Shown here: in pieces, positions 39,336 through 49,923 of the stretch | Numbering within the stretch: position 1 is the stretch's first letter | Layout: each line of letters begins with the position of its first letter | Source of the DNA: Cyanobacteria bacterium J06581_3 | GTDB lineage: Bacteria > Cyanobacteriota > Cyanobacteriia > Phormidesmidales > Phormidesmidaceae | Assembly: GCA_038531675.1 (NCBI GenBank) | Contig: JBCBBK010000008.1 | Coordinates: 30,483-94,482 of the forward strand | Length of the DNA: 64,000 nucleotides | Reading direction: 5' to 3' | Translations under genes and position numbers: made by a program | The notes under the pieces: generated by a model | Database searches by the model: none | The model's input: the letters and a program-made list of their open reading frames with translations, nothing else | Told to the model about the DNA's origin: nothing

Positions 39336-39539
39336 ATGCTTGCTCAAACACCCGATTCTCATCATCTACATCCACATCACATCGCTTGCCCGCACTGTGG
39401 TCATCACACAGTCGTGGTGCAAGACGAAAACATCTACGTTTGTTTGAGATGTGGTTGGCGTCGTAATATTGCTTCGGAGGCTTTGCCGCTTCCGCTGGCA
39501 ATTATCACGACTATTTTGCTTCTGGTGATCTTACTGTAA
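39336..39539 (+). CDS. Small Zn-ribbon protein with C-terminal TM anchor (67 aa)
   Basis: RBS agagga; CPHCG...CLRCG; C-terminal LPLPLAIITTILLLVILL. Confidence 0.75.
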   Translation: MLAQTPDSHHLHPHHIACPHCGHHTVVVQDENIYVCLRCGWRRNIASEALPLPLAIITTILLLVILL

Positions 39540-39589
39540 TCATCTAATAATTCTTCACCGAAGCTGATTAGTCTGAACGATTAGATACT

Positions 39590-39624
39590 AAAGGAGAGCG
39601 ATCAAAGTGTGATCGCTCTCCTTT
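39590..39624. terminator. Bidirectional terminator between the Zn-ribbon gene and the nuclease-like gene
   Basis: 15-bp stem aaaggagagcgatca / tgatcgctctccttt. Confidence 0.85.
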
Positions 39625-39686
39625 TCTTTAGCTATATATTTCTGACTGCGCCGACGCCCTTAGCTTGCACATTGAATAATTTCCTT

Positions 39687-40316
39687 CTATACACAGCTAG
39701 TACCCACCAAAACAGCCTGCACTAAAATTCGCATCAGAACATCCACATCTTCGGGTACGCGATAGCTTTCTAGCCCTATATAAATATGCTGGGCGCTTCT
39801 GTCTAGCAACGCAAATTCCCAAAGCCTGCCCGTCGTTACGGAACCTAATAGTGTTGGCTGCTGCGGTGTCCGCTCCCATTTATCGAGTGCGATTAACTCA
39901 GCGACGAGCTGAGTCATGCCATAGTCCAAATCCTGGCGCTTCGCTTCTATGACTAAAAGCTCGCTTTGCCCTCTAAATAGGTAGTCTAAATAGCCCTGTA
40001 GCTGACTACTTACGGTGAGTGGATATTCAATTCGCAACTTTGCCTTGGTGTAATAAACGAGCTCTGTCGCAATTCTAGAAATTAAGATTTCACGGCGGGA
40101 GGTTTCATTGGATAAATCAACGTAGGGAAGCACTTCCTCGATTCGCAACCTAAGCTCTTCCAGTCGATTCAGCTCACCTGCATATTCAGAAAGATCGAGC
40201 TTCTGCTTAGTTAGCTGATATCCAAAGGATTCAGCGAGCTCATCAGCTGGGATTTTGAGTTCAAAGAATTTACTAAACGTGTAGGACTTATCAGGATTCA
40301 GGACATCTATGCCCAT
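39687..40316 (-). CDS. PD-(D/E)XK restriction-endonuclease-like protein (cyanobacterial family)
   Basis: NETSRREILI, IEYPL....LQGYLDYL...LLVIEAKRQD..GMTQLVAELIAL, GSVTTGRLWEF. Confidence 0.7.
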   Translation of the reverse strand: MGIDVLNPDKSYTFSKFFELKIPADELAESFGYQLTKQKLDLSEYAGELNRLEELRLRIEEVLPYVDLSNETSRREILISRIATELVYYTKAKLRIEYPLTVSSQLQGYLDYLFRGQSELLVIEAKRQDLDYGMTQLVAELIALDKWERTPQQPTLLGSVTTGRLWEFALLDRSAQHIYIGLESYRVPEDVDVLMRILVQAVLVGTSCV

Positions 40317-40612
40317 GGCTTTGACTCAATAGTTTTGAACAGAGGATGCAGTCTAGACAGCTTTTCTACATTGTATCCGCATGGGCTTGAGATACTCTTG
40401 TTCGGTTCAGAATTCGACGTAGAGCCGGATGAGTCTGGATGAAGCTATGAATGCTGGCTTTGCAAAAGTTATTCTTATGCGGTTACAAAACTTAAAAAGC
40501 AAGACTTCACCCCGGCAGAGTAGTAACCTTGAGAGCGAGTAGCTGTTGCAGATATAGCGTTGCGTACAGCTATGGCACCTTTATCTATGCATTTTTGAGA
40601 GGGTTAGTATTC

Positions 40613-40825
40613 ATGGTTCAGCGTGGTTCTAAGGTCAGAATTCTTCGTCCGGAGTCTTACTGGTTTAATGAAGTCGGCTCTGTCGCTTCGGTCGATCAAA
40701 GCGGGATTAAGTACCCTGTTGTAGTGCGCTTTAGTAAGGTGAACTATGCGGGTGTCAACACCAACAACTTTGCTGAGGCAGAGCTGACGGAAGTTGAAAA
40801 GCCCAAAGCGAAAGCAAAGAAGTAA
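40613..40825 (+). CDS. psaE: Photosystem I subunit IV
   Basis: [54 protein letters not shown]; ATG at 40613. Confidence 0.98.
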   Translation: MVQRGSKVRILRPESYWFNEVGSVASVDQSGIKYPVVVRFSKVNYAGVNTNNFAEAELTEVEKPKAKAKK

Positions 40826-40842
40826 CCTGAAGAAATAAAGTA

Positions 40843-41730
40843 GTGCCTGAGCTACCCGAAGTAGAAACCGTTCGCCGTGGCCTAAGCCGAGTATCTTTAA
40901 ATCAGCCTGTTCGGGGCGGTGAAGTCTGTTTGGACAGAATCATCGCATACCCTGAGCAGGCTGATGCTTTTTTGGATGGTGTCGTCGGCTCAAAAATAGA
41001 CAGCTGGCACCGGCGCGGCAAGTACCTGATGGCGAAGCTGGTTTCACCTGGCCAATCAACGACCGAGTCTACAAAGGGTGGCGAGTCGGCATCTGAGTCG
41101 ACTGGATGGTTGGGCGTGCATTTGCGTATGACCGGGCAGCTGCTGTGGGTTTCGCAGCAAGAACCCGTACAAAAGCACTGCCGAGCCAGACTATTTTTTG
41201 ATGACGATAGAGAGCTGCGCTATGTAGATCAGCGTACCTTTGGCCGGTTGTGGTGGGTGCCGCCATCAGCGCCGATCGAAACTGTGATGACGGGCTTACA
41301 AAGGTTGGGGCCGGAACCTTTTTCGGATGATTTTTCTGCTGAGTATTTTATCGGCGCGCTGAAAGGCCGAAAGAAGCCAATCAAAAATGCGCTACTCGAT
41401 CAGCAAATTGTGGCGGGTATTGGCAATATTTATGCCGACGAAGCATTATTTTTGAGCGGCATCCGGCCAAAAGTGATGTGCAACCGCCTCAGTAAGCCCA
41501 GGCTCACTCGGCTCCATCAAGCGATTCGAGACGTGCTGCAAACCAGTATCGACTCAGGCGGCACGACCTTTAGCGACTTTCGTGATGTGCATGGTACCAA
41601 TGGCAATTACGGTGGTGTCGCCTGGGTGTACGACCGTGAAGGTGAGGCCTGCCGGAAGTGTGGAAGCGCGATCGCCCGAATAAAGTTAGCAGGCCGCTCG
41701 TCCCACTATTGCCCAACCTGCCAGCGCTAA
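40843..41730 (+). CDS. mutM: Formamidopyrimidine-DNA glycosylase
   Basis: MPELPEVET, RRGKYL, HLRMTG, AGIGNIYADEALF, Zn finger CRKC...CPTCQ. Confidence 0.97.
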   Translation: MPELPEVETVRRGLSRVSLNQPVRGGEVCLDRIIAYPEQADAFLDGVVGSKIDSWHRRGKYLMAKLVSPGQSTTESTKGGESASESTGWLGVHLRMTGQLLWVSQQEPVQKHCRARLFFDDDRELRYVDQRTFGRLWWVPPSAPIETVMTGLQRLGPEPFSDDFSAEYFIGALKGRKKPIKNALLDQQIVAGIGNIYADEALFLSGIRPKVMCNRLSKPRLTRLHQAIRDVLQTSIDSGGTTFSDFRDVHGTNGNYGGVAWVYDREGEACRKCGSAIARIKLAGRSSHYCPTCQR

Positions 41731-41808
41731 AGCATCCACTAATAAGCACCTAGTGATGCTCTCGTCTAGCGATACAATAAGTCAGCAGCAGACTTTTGCG
41801 AGAACACT

Positions 41809-42054
41809 ATGCCCGATAAGTCCGACAAGCCCGACAAGAAACCCGTAAAAAAAGGGGATTTCGTTCGCCTGGTGCGAGACAAATTTGAAAATAGCGTAGA
41901 GGCAAAAGCCAGTGATGTGCGCCTGTCAAACTACGTGTTTGATACCAAAGGCGAAATTTTAGACGTTCGTGAGGACTACGGCCTAGTGAAGTTTGGCCGC
42001 GTCCCTACGCCGAATGTGTGGCTCAAGCTAGAACAGCTGGAAAAGTTTGAATAA
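41809..42054 (+). CDS. ndhO: NAD(P)H-quinone oxidoreductase subunit O
   Basis: [35 protein letters not shown]...[13 protein letters not shown]. Confidence 0.9.
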   Translation: MPDKSDKPDKKPVKKGDFVRLVRDKFENSVEAKASDVRLSNYVFDTKGEILDVREDYGLVKFGRVPTPNVWLKLEQLEKFE

Positions 42055-42068
42055 ATACGCAATCAGCC

Positions 42069-44309
42069 CTAAACCAGCTGACGAGCTTTCTCCATAAGGA
42101 TTTCGTGGGTGCTTCGCACACCGTCTTTTGAATCCGGTCTCCTTTGCACGTAGGTGCCGTCAGACTGCATATCCCAAGCCTGACGGTTGTCATTCAGGCA
42201 GATGTTTAGCAAGTCGACGAGCTCTGTGCGTAGGGACGCATCTTCGATGGGGACCAGGGCTTCGACGCGTCTGTCCAAATTGCGCGGCATCCAGTCAGCA
42301 GAGCCAATGTAGAACAGCTCTTTGCCCTCGTTATGAAAACGGAAGATCCGAGAGTGCTCTAAAAAGCGCCCAATCACGCTGACGACCCGAATGTTTTCGC
42401 TGATGCCTTCAATGCCCGGACGCAGACAGCAGATACCACGAATAATTAGGTCAATTTCTACACCTGCTTGAGACGCTTTGTATAGCTCGGCAATAATGTC
42501 AGTATCTACTAGGGAGTTCATTTTGGCGACAATGCGACTCTCTTTGCCATTGCGTGCGTTTTGCGCTTCTTGGCGAATGAATTGGGTAATTTGCGATCGC
42601 AAACAAACCGGCGCAATCAGCAGCTTTTTGTAAGCCTGCTGCCGCGAGTAGCCTGTTAAATAATTAAACAAATCAGTCAGGTCAGTGCCCAGCTCCGCGC
42701 GACAGCTGAGTAGACCCAGGTCGGTATATAGCTTCGCGGTTTTAGGATTGTAGTTACCCGTCCCAATGTGAACGTAGCGGCGGATAGATTTTGACTCTTG
42801 CCGGACCACCAGCGCTACCTTTGTGTGGGTTTTCAGGCCCATTAGGCCGTACACCACATGCACGCCCGAACGCTCTAGCGTCCGCGCCCAGTTGATGTTA
42901 TTTTCCTCATCAAATCGCGCCTTGAGTTCGACGAGGGCAACCACCTGCTTACCGTTTTCAGCCGCTTTGATCAGGGCGTTGACAATCGGCGAATCACCAG
43001 AAGTCCGATACAGCGTCATTTTGATGGCAAGGACACCTGGATCTGAAGCTGCTTGGGTAATAAAGGCCTGTACAGTACCCGAGAAGGAATGGTAAGGGTG
43101 ATGCGCTAGGCGATCGCACCGGCGAATCATCGAAAAGACATCCTCGCCCTCACCCGAACCAGCGGCTTTCCAGGCAGGTGGGGTCACTGGCGACCAGTGC
43201 GCATCCTTCAGCTCGGGCAAAGGCACTGACATAAAGCTCATCAAATCGGTCGGACCAATGAAGCCATCAAAGTCGTAAACGTCTTCCTCGCTCAGGTTCA
43301 GCTCATTCATGAGGGTAGAACGCATCGTGACATCCATCCCCGACTCAATTTCCATACGGACCACCGAGCCACCGAGCCGTCGCTTACGCAGCTCCTGCTC
43401 AATTGCTAGCATCAAATCATCAGCTTCGTCCTCTTCTACAGAAAGGTCCGCGTTGCGGGTAATGCGAAAGGTAAAGCAGTCTTTTACCCGCATTCCTGGA
43501 AACAAAGCAGCGATATTGTGGGCGATAACCTGCTCCATCGGTACACCCATCCAGTAGCAAGGCTTTGTCTTTTTTGAACTGGAGCGCGAAGATTTAGATG
43601 TTTGATTAGCGTTCTGTTCACCCAGAATTGAATCTTCTTGAAGCTTCTCAGGGATTTGGACAAACCGGGGCAGCACTTTGGGGACTTTGACCCTTGCAAA
43701 ATGAGACTCGTCAGACGCTTCGTCTTTGATCTCAACGGCCAGGTTGAGGCTGAGATTAGAAATATAGGGAAACGGATGGCCGGAATCTACTGCCAGTGGT
43801 GTGAGTACCGGAAAGATTTGCTCGTTAAAATAGCGATCCAAATAATCGGTCTGAGTGGGAGAAAGATCGTCATAATCGAGCAGGTAAATGCCGTTCTCTA
43901 CCATTTTGGGCCGTAGCTCGCTTTGGAAATAGCGATCGCTTTCGGCAACCATGGGGCGCAGGCGATCGCTAATCGCATTGAGGTGTTGAACCGGGCCACG
44001 ACCATCAGGCGTACGCTTATGCACATCGGCCTCAATCTGCTGCTTCAGCACGGCCACGCGTACCATAAAATACTCGTCGAGGTTAGAGCTAAAGATCGAC
44101 AGAAACTTGAGCCGTTCTAGCAGCGGGGTCCGCTCGTCCAGTGCCTCGTGAAGAACTCGGCGGTTGAACTCTAGCCAGCTCAGCTCACGACTGAGATACC
44201 ACTGATGGTCGCTAAGACTAATACCATTAGAAGCCTCTGTTTCACGCTGCGGCGTTTTAGGCTTCTGTGGTGCTGTTTGTACGGTCTTATCCCCTGTTCT
44301 TTTAGCCAC
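42069..44309 (-). CDS. ppk1: Polyphosphate kinase 1
   Basis: RELSWLEFNRRVL, HPFPYISNLSLN, IKMTLYRTSGDSPI, ELKARFDEENNI, GRFLEHSRI. Confidence 0.97.
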   Translation of the reverse strand: MAKRTGDKTVQTAPQKPKTPQRETEASNGISLSDHQWYLSRELSWLEFNRRVLHEALDERTPLLERLKFLSIFSSNLDEYFMVRVAVLKQQIEADVHKRTPDGRGPVQHLNAISDRLRPMVAESDRYFQSELRPKMVENGIYLLDYDDLSPTQTDYLDRYFNEQIFPVLTPLAVDSGHPFPYISNLSLNLAVEIKDEASDESHFARVKVPKVLPRFVQIPEKLQEDSILGEQNANQTSKSSRSSSKKTKPCYWMGVPMEQVIAHNIAALFPGMRVKDCFTFRITRNADLSVEEDEADDLMLAIEQELRKRRLGGSVVRMEIESGMDVTMRSTLMNELNLSEEDVYDFDGFIGPTDLMSFMSVPLPELKDAHWSPVTPPAWKAAGSGEGEDVFSMIRRCDRLAHHPYHSFSGTVQAFITQAASDPGVLAIKMTLYRTSGDSPIVNALIKAAENGKQVVALVELKARFDEENNINWARTLERSGVHVVYGLMGLKTHTKVALVVRQESKSIRRYVHIGTGNYNPKTAKLYTDLGLLSCRAELGTDLTDLFNYLTGYSRQQAYKKLLIAPVCLRSQITQFIRQEAQNARNGKESRIVAKMNSLVDTDIIAELYKASQAGVEIDLIIRGICCLRPGIEGISENIRVVSVIGRFLEHSRIFRFHNEGKELFYIGSADWMPRNLDRRVEALVPIEDASLRTELVDLLNICLNDNRQAWDMQSDGTYVQRRPDSKDGVRSTHEILMEKARQLV

Positions 44310-44422
44310 TTTTCCTTTGAGTTGATTACCCTTCAGGCTGAACGTTTCTTACTGAACTCACTGAACCCTTGGAGCTGAACGCTTTAAATCGAATTATTTG
44401 AATTGAATGCTGGGCACTCAAA

Positions 44423-44450
44423 GTCTGGAAGGTCAGGTCTGGAAGGTCAA
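44423..44450 (+). repeat. Two 14-bp tandem units gtctggaaggtca(g/a)
   Basis: 44423-44436 and 44437-44450, immediately after the stop of the 44454-44660 gene. Confidence 0.8.
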
Positions 44451-44453
44451 GTT

Positions 44454-44660
44454 CTAAAAGACGTCTTTTTCCTGCCCTATCCACCACTCGCCCAGCTTCA
44501 TAAGCGATTCATGGAGCTCAGCCAGTTCTGTATTAAACGCTTCTACGCTCATTTCCTGACGCCGCTCTTTAAGCTTGGCTAGCCTTAGCTGGAGCAGTAG
44601 CCATGGCTTTCCCATGCTGTCAGTCTCTTCTATATATTTCGCCAGGTCGTTGCTTTTCAT
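44454..44660 (-). CDS. Conserved small cyanobacterial hypothetical protein (68 aa)
   Basis: LAKYIEETDSMGKPWLLLQLRLAKLKERR...LMKLGEWWIGQE. Confidence 0.75.
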   Translation of the reverse strand: MKSNDLAKYIEETDSMGKPWLLLQLRLAKLKERRQEMSVEAFNTELAELHESLMKLGEWWIGQEKDVF

Positions 44661-44787
44661 GCATTTTCACAGATGTTTGGCGCGTTCTTACTTCAATGCC
44701 GATTATATAGGAGCCGCTTGAAAAATGCGTGTGTCGTAAGAAACAACCCAAGCAGGCTCGGTGAATTGAGTGAATGGCTGTAAAACA

Positions 44788-44820
44788 AAACCCGCAGGCA
44801 ACACTGAGCTGCCTACGGGC
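44788..44820 (-). terminator. Terminator of the 44907-46616 gene
   Basis: Minus strand gcccgtaggca...tgcctgcggg followed by ttttgtttt. Confidence 0.65.
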
Positions 44821-44906
44821 TTCGACTGGCTATCTATTCGCCTTAGACGACCTTCAGTAGATGCAAAAAACTAAACGGTGCCCGAAAAATAAACGCTGAA
44901 ATTAAG

Positions 44907-46616
44907 TTACTTCTTCAGGTCGCTTAGCCATTCTTCTACCTGTTTACCGGCGGCTTCGCGTCCACCCAGGCCGAAGGAAATTGCGATCGCGATTGCAATC
45001 GCACCCAACAGCAAACCAAACGCTAGGTTTACAATATTTGGCGCAACGCCCATTTGGCCCAGTGCCATTGCACCCACAAACGCCAGAATAGAAATCCGCG
45101 CCGCTTGAGCGAGCATGTTAGAAGAGCCGCTGCTGCTGCTCTTGATCAGGCGGAAAGCCAGGTTAGCCAGGTATACGCCTACGCCGAAGATGACAACGCC
45201 GACCAGTACCTGCGCGGCAATTTCCATAATGGCGCGTACAATTAGCGTCAGCTGATCGAGCTGGAGTGCTTCCGTCGCAATGACAGTACCAAACAAAACC
45301 ACACCCACTTGAACAATCAAGCCAACGATTTCCGAAGGTGTTTTGTTCGAGCTAGTAGAGGTAGTGGTGGTTGGCTGTAGCGTTGTTGCGCCAGGGTCGG
45401 CGCTGATGCTGGGGTTGTCGTAAGCGGAAACAGGCGGTGTCGAAGGCTCGCGAGTAGGCGCTGAGATTTCAGGAAAACCCAGTGTCTCTAGTACGCTGTC
45501 AAAGCCAGCGCTCGACAGGAGGCTGGACACAATTTCGCTCAGGAACTTGCCGACAAAGAAGAAGACCACCAGCGCAGCGATCGCACCAATCAGCAAAGGA
45601 ATGAAATCAGAAATCTGGTCCAGCATGCTAATCGCTGGGGCAGAAATCGCATCGATATCTAGTGCGTTTAGCGCTGCGATCGCCGCAGGAATCAGCACCA
45701 AGACATACACAATCGTACCGGCCAAACTGGACAAAGAAATCCCAGGGGTGCCAGCATTGCCAGAAAGACCCAGCTGACGGCCAAAATTATCTATGCCCGT
45801 AGCAGATAACAGGTTTGTCACAATGCCACGAACAATCTTGGCTGCGAGCCAGCCAACCGCAAAGATAATTGCCGCTAGGATAATCTTTGGAATCGCAGAT
45901 AGGAACTGACTGATTAGCGCTTCAACCGGCTCTAGCAGTCCGTCGAGAGCCAGCGTATCAAGAATCAGCGGCAGAAACAGCAGAAACACGAACCAGTAGA
46001 GCGCGTTACCAATGGTCTCGTGAATTCGTACAGAATTCTCTCTAGGGTCAACGCCTGTATTTTCAGCCAGTCGGTCATCCAGGTTAAACGCTTCTAACCC
46101 TCTGGTGACCAGCATCTTGACAATGGTTGCTACAACCCAGGCAGCTACCAGCCATAGGCCAGCTGCCAGCAGCTGAGGCAGGAACCCAAAAATAGTGTCG
46201 AGTAAATTGGTCAGCGGTGCAGAGATACTATCCAGCTGAAGCGCGTCTAGAACGCCTACCACTGTAAATAAAATCACTACCCAGAAAACAGCCGTCGATA
46301 CCCAGTTGGCAACGTGCAGCTCATCGGCAGGACGATTCGTAATCTTGGCGGCTATTGTGTCGTCAATACTGGTTTTCTTCAGCAGACCTTTGGCGACAGC
46401 TGCCAGCAAAAACGCCGCAACAATGCCAATAATACCGATGATAAAAGCATTGACGATACCAGGCAAAAAGTCGCCAGTACTGACACCAAGCGTATTGGCA
46501 ACTTTGTCAATAGGTGAGCTATTGGTGGTATCGGCGGTTGCTTGAGCCAAAAGGAAATTTGCCTTCTGTTCAAACAGGCCAATACCCATCCCTGTGGGGG
46601 GCATTAGATGAATCAT
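44907..46616 (-). CDS. Mechanosensitive-channel-like membrane protein with repeated TM_helix (CmpX-like) units
   Basis: Repeats of the type FLPQLLAAGLWLVAAWVVATIVKMLV and AIPKIILAAIIFAVGWLAAKIVR; C-terminal AISFGLGGREAAG. Confidence 0.75.
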   Translation of the reverse strand: MIHLMPPTGMGIGLFEQKANFLLAQATADTTNSSPIDKVANTLGVSTGDFLPGIVNAFIIGIIGIVAAFLLAAVAKGLLKKTSIDDTIAAKITNRPADELHVANWVSTAVFWVVILFTVVGVLDALQLDSISAPLTNLLDTIFGFLPQLLAAGLWLVAAWVVATIVKMLVTRGLEAFNLDDRLAENTGVDPRENSVRIHETIGNALYWFVFLLFLPLILDTLALDGLLEPVEALISQFLSAIPKIILAAIIFAVGWLAAKIVRGIVTNLLSATGIDNFGRQLGLSGNAGTPGISLSSLAGTIVYVLVLIPAAIAALNALDIDAISAPAISMLDQISDFIPLLIGAIAALVVFFFVGKFLSEIVSSLLSSAGFDSVLETLGFPEISAPTREPSTPPVSAYDNPSISADPGATTLQPTTTTSTSSNKTPSEIVGLIVQVGVVLFGTVIATEALQLDQLTLIVRAIMEIAAQVLVGVVIFGVGVYLANLAFRLIKSSSSGSSNMLAQAARISILAFVGAMALGQMGVAPNIVNLAFGLLLGAIAIAIAISFGLGGREAAGKQVEEWLSDLKK

Positions 46617-46855
46617 ATTTCGTCGTATGTAGTGGGTCTAAGCGTAGCTAGCATCAGAAATCAGCAAGTAATACTGATATTTGAAGACAAGAGTACCGCC
46701 TCAAGGTAAATTCCACTAAAAAAACTGTGAAGATGTACCAGTTTTTTTAACAAATCTAATCGTGTCAATGTCTCGAGAGTCTATCAATAGATAGTTGTTG
46801 AACCAAAAAATCTTGATATGAACTCTGGTCTGACTGAGTCAGCGAGCCATCAAAA

Positions 46856-46894
46856 AGCCGCTAGAAGTGCACTGTCAGTGCACTTCTAGCGGCT
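46856..46894 (-). terminator. gyrA terminator (18-bp perfect stem)
   Basis: agccgctagaagtgcact-gtc-agtgcacttctagcggct, followed by a T tract on the minus strand. Confidence 0.85.
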
Positions 46895-47004
46895 AATACA
46901 AAGGCAAAGTGTGCGGCTCAAAAGCCCGGCTACAGTTTAGGAAAAAATAGTCCGCCAAAAGGAAGATTTTCCCCAAATGCCAGCACACCTACCTGCCAGG
47001 CGTC

Positions 47005-49683
47005 CTAGTCTGCTGGGGTCTCACCCCCACTGACCCGCTCATCTTCGCTATCGGTTAGTTCCAGTTCATCGGTCCCTTCGTCTAGCGAGGCAATTACCTG
47101 CGCTTCGGCTACCGTTTCGGCGACGGCTTCGGCCACCTCTTCTGTAAGCATTTCATTGTCGCTTTCGTCTAGGTCGGGCACAAGGGCAACTGCGGCGATC
47201 TCATCATCATCATCCAGCCGTTGCAGCTGTACACCCGTCGCCATCCGCGACTGAATAGAAATCGCATCCACCGCCTGTCGCATAATAATGCCGCGATTGC
47301 TCACAATCATTAGCTCATCATCAGGCCCTGCAATTCGCAGCGCCACCAGCTCGTCATCATCCTTACGGAACTTCATCGCCACTAGGCCCATGCCAGCCCG
47401 GTTCTGCAAGCGGAAGTTCGCAACCGGCACACGCTTACCCAAGCCACCAGCCGATACCACCAGCACCCAGGGTCCCTGGTCTGTTTCGTCCACTGCATCA
47501 TCGTCATCGTCGGCAACATCAGCACCTTCCACTTCTTCCACGATTTGCGACGGCAAAATATCCATGCTGATTAGCTTGTCACCGTCTCGCAGAGACATGG
47601 CCCGGACCCCCTTTGTCGGTCGACCCAATGGACGCAGCTGAGAATGATCCGCCTTAAAGTGAATCGTCATGCCCCGCTGAGAGCCGATCAAAATGCTGTC
47701 TTCCGCTCGCGCTAGGCGCACCCAGCGCAGCTCATCGCCTTCTACTAGCGAAATAGCAATCAGGCCATTGGTGCGAATCCGGCTAAAGGCAGAGAGCGCG
47801 GTTTTCTTGACAGAACCGCCCTGGGTCAGCATGACCAGGTAGTCGTCTTCGCTAAACTCACTGACGCCAATCACTGAGGTGACCTTTTCCTCACGGGGAA
47901 TCGGCAGTAGCTGTACCAGCGGATAGCCCTTGGCCGTACGCGAACTTTCCGGAATCTGGTAGGCCCGCAGAGAGTAGGCAACGCCCCGATCGGTAAAGAA
48001 CAGAACATGGTCATGGCTACAGCAGGTGATGAAGTGCTCAATGCCGTCATCGTCCTTCATTTTCGTGCCAGATTTGCCTCGGGTCGCCCGGTTCTGGGCT
48101 TCAAAGGTATCTACCAGCATCCGTTTGATGTAGCCCTGCTCGGTCACGAGGATAGCGACCTGCTCGTTGGCAATCAGTGAGATGTCTGAGAGATCGTTCT
48201 CGTCACCTTTGATGATTGTTCGCCGATCATTAGCGTGAGCGTCGCGGATCTGAGTCACCTCTTCGCGAATAATTTCTAAAATGCGCTCGCGCTTTGCCAG
48301 AATATCTTCCAGATCGGCAATCTTTTCGGTCAGCGCCTGGTGCTCTTGCTCAATTTTCTCTGCTTCTAGGGCTGTCAACCGGCGTAGCTGCATCTGCAGA
48401 ATCGCATCGGCCTGGGTCGTCGATAGGCCATAGGATTCCACCAGCTCTTCTTTCGCACTGGCCGCGTCGGCAGAGCGGCGAATCAAAGCGATCACCGCAT
48501 CCAAATTATCGAGCGCAATCAAATAGCCCTGCAACAGATGGTCACGCTCTTGCGCTTTACGCAGCTCGTAACGGGTGCGGCGAGTAATCGTCTCAATGCG
48601 GAAATCTAAAAAGACCTGCAAAAAGTCGCGCAGGCTCAGCAGCTGAGGCTCACCATTCACCAGGCCCAGCATGTTAACGCCAAAGTTGTGCTGCAAAGGC
48701 GTCTGCTTGTACAGGTTATTGAGCACCACACGGGGATAGGCATCGCGCTTCAGCTCAATGACGATCCGCATCCCGTCCCGGTCACTTTCGTCGCGCAGGT
48801 CAGAAATACCTTCGAGCCGTCGCTCGTTCACCATGTCTGCAATTCTTTCAATCAGCGCCGCCTTATTGGTCTGATAGGGCAGTTCAGTGATGATAATCGT
48901 TTCGCGGTCTGGGCGACCTCGGTTTTCCTGCGTCTCGATGGTGGCCACACCGCGCATGGTCACCGAGCCGCGCCCGGTTTCGTAAGCCTCACGAATGCCG
49001 CGACTGCCAATAATCTGTGCGCCTGTCGGAAAGTCTGGGCCTGGAATATATTCCATCAGCTCCATACTGGTCAGCTCTGGATTATCAATCAGAGCGATGG
49101 TGCCATCGATTACTTCGCCCAGGTTATGAGGCGGAATGTTGGTAGCCATACCTACCGCAATTCCCGATGAGCCGTTAATCAGCAGCTGAGGTATCCGCGC
49201 TGGTAGCACCACCGGCTCTTGCTGAGACCCGTCAAAGTTATCGGCAAAGTCAACCGTTTCAGACTCAATATCTTGCAGCAGGGCCGCGCCGGTTAGTGCC
49301 TGCAAGCGCGATTCGGTGTAACGCATGGCTGCAGGCGGGTCGTTATCTACCGAGCCGAAGTTACCATGGCCGTTGATCAGCGGGTGGCGCATGGAAAAGT
49401 CTTGAGCCATCCGCACCAGTGCGTCGTATACCGCCGTATCACCGTGAGGATGGTACTTACCGAGTACTTCACCCACCACACGGGCGCACTTACGAAACGG
49501 CCTATCGGCGGTGAGTCCTAACTCGTGCATGGCGTACAAAATTCGCCGATGCACAGGTTTGAGACCGTCCCGTGCGTCTGGAAGCGCCCGGCCCACGATT
49601 ACGCTCATCGCATATTCGAGATACGACCGAGACATCTCATTACGCAAATCGGTCGGAACGATCCGCTCTTGAGGACTGCTCAT
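47005..49683 (-). CDS. gyrA: DNA gyrase subunit A
   Basis: [37 protein letters not shown], GyrA-box QNRATRG. Confidence 0.96.
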   Translation of the reverse strand: MSSPQERIVPTDLRNEMSRSYLEYAMSVIVGRALPDARDGLKPVHRRILYAMHELGLTADRPFRKCARVVGEVLGKYHPHGDTAVYDALVRMAQDFSMRHPLINGHGNFGSVDNDPPAAMRYTESRLQALTGAALLQDIESETVDFADNFDGSQQEPVVLPARIPQLLINGSSGIAVGMATNIPPHNLGEVIDGTIALIDNPELTSMELMEYIPGPDFPTGAQIIGSRGIREAYETGRGSVTMRGVATIETQENRGRPDRETIIITELPYQTNKAALIERIADMVNERRLEGISDLRDESDRDGMRIVIELKRDAYPRVVLNNLYKQTPLQHNFGVNMLGLVNGEPQLLSLRDFLQVFLDFRIETITRRTRYELRKAQERDHLLQGYLIALDNLDAVIALIRRSADAASAKEELVESYGLSTTQADAILQMQLRRLTALEAEKIEQEHQALTEKIADLEDILAKRERILEIIREEVTQIRDAHANDRRTIIKGDENDLSDISLIANEQVAILVTEQGYIKRMLVDTFEAQNRATRGKSGTKMKDDDGIEHFITCCSHDHVLFFTDRGVAYSLRAYQIPESSRTAKGYPLVQLLPIPREEKVTSVIGVSEFSEDDYLVMLTQGGSVKKTALSAFSRIRTNGLIAISLVEGDELRWVRLARAEDSILIGSQRGMTIHFKADHSQLRPLGRPTKGVRAMSLRDGDKLISMDILPSQIVEEVEGADVADDDDDAVDETDQGPWVLVVSAGGLGKRVPVANFRLQNRAGMGLVAMKFRKDDDELVALRIAGPDDELMIVSNRGIIMRQAVDAISIQSRMATGVQLQRLDDDDEIAAVALVPDLDESDNEMLTEEVAEAVAETVAEAQVIASLDEGTDELELTDSEDERVSGGETPAD

Positions 49684-49923
49684 GTGGAATACTCCAGTGA
49701 AACGTGTGAATAGGAACTAAGAATGAAAATTATAAGCTAGGGATAGGGTGAATAAATAACGCTAACAACCTGAAAAAACATGGATGAAATCATCCAAATG
49801 TCGAGGTGATTGGTAGACTGCAAAATAACATTAAATACACTCAATATTTTATCATATTTTGACCTTTTCTTGGGACAGATCATTCAGCGTTCAGGTCGTT
49901 TTGATGAGGCACCAAGATCCCTT

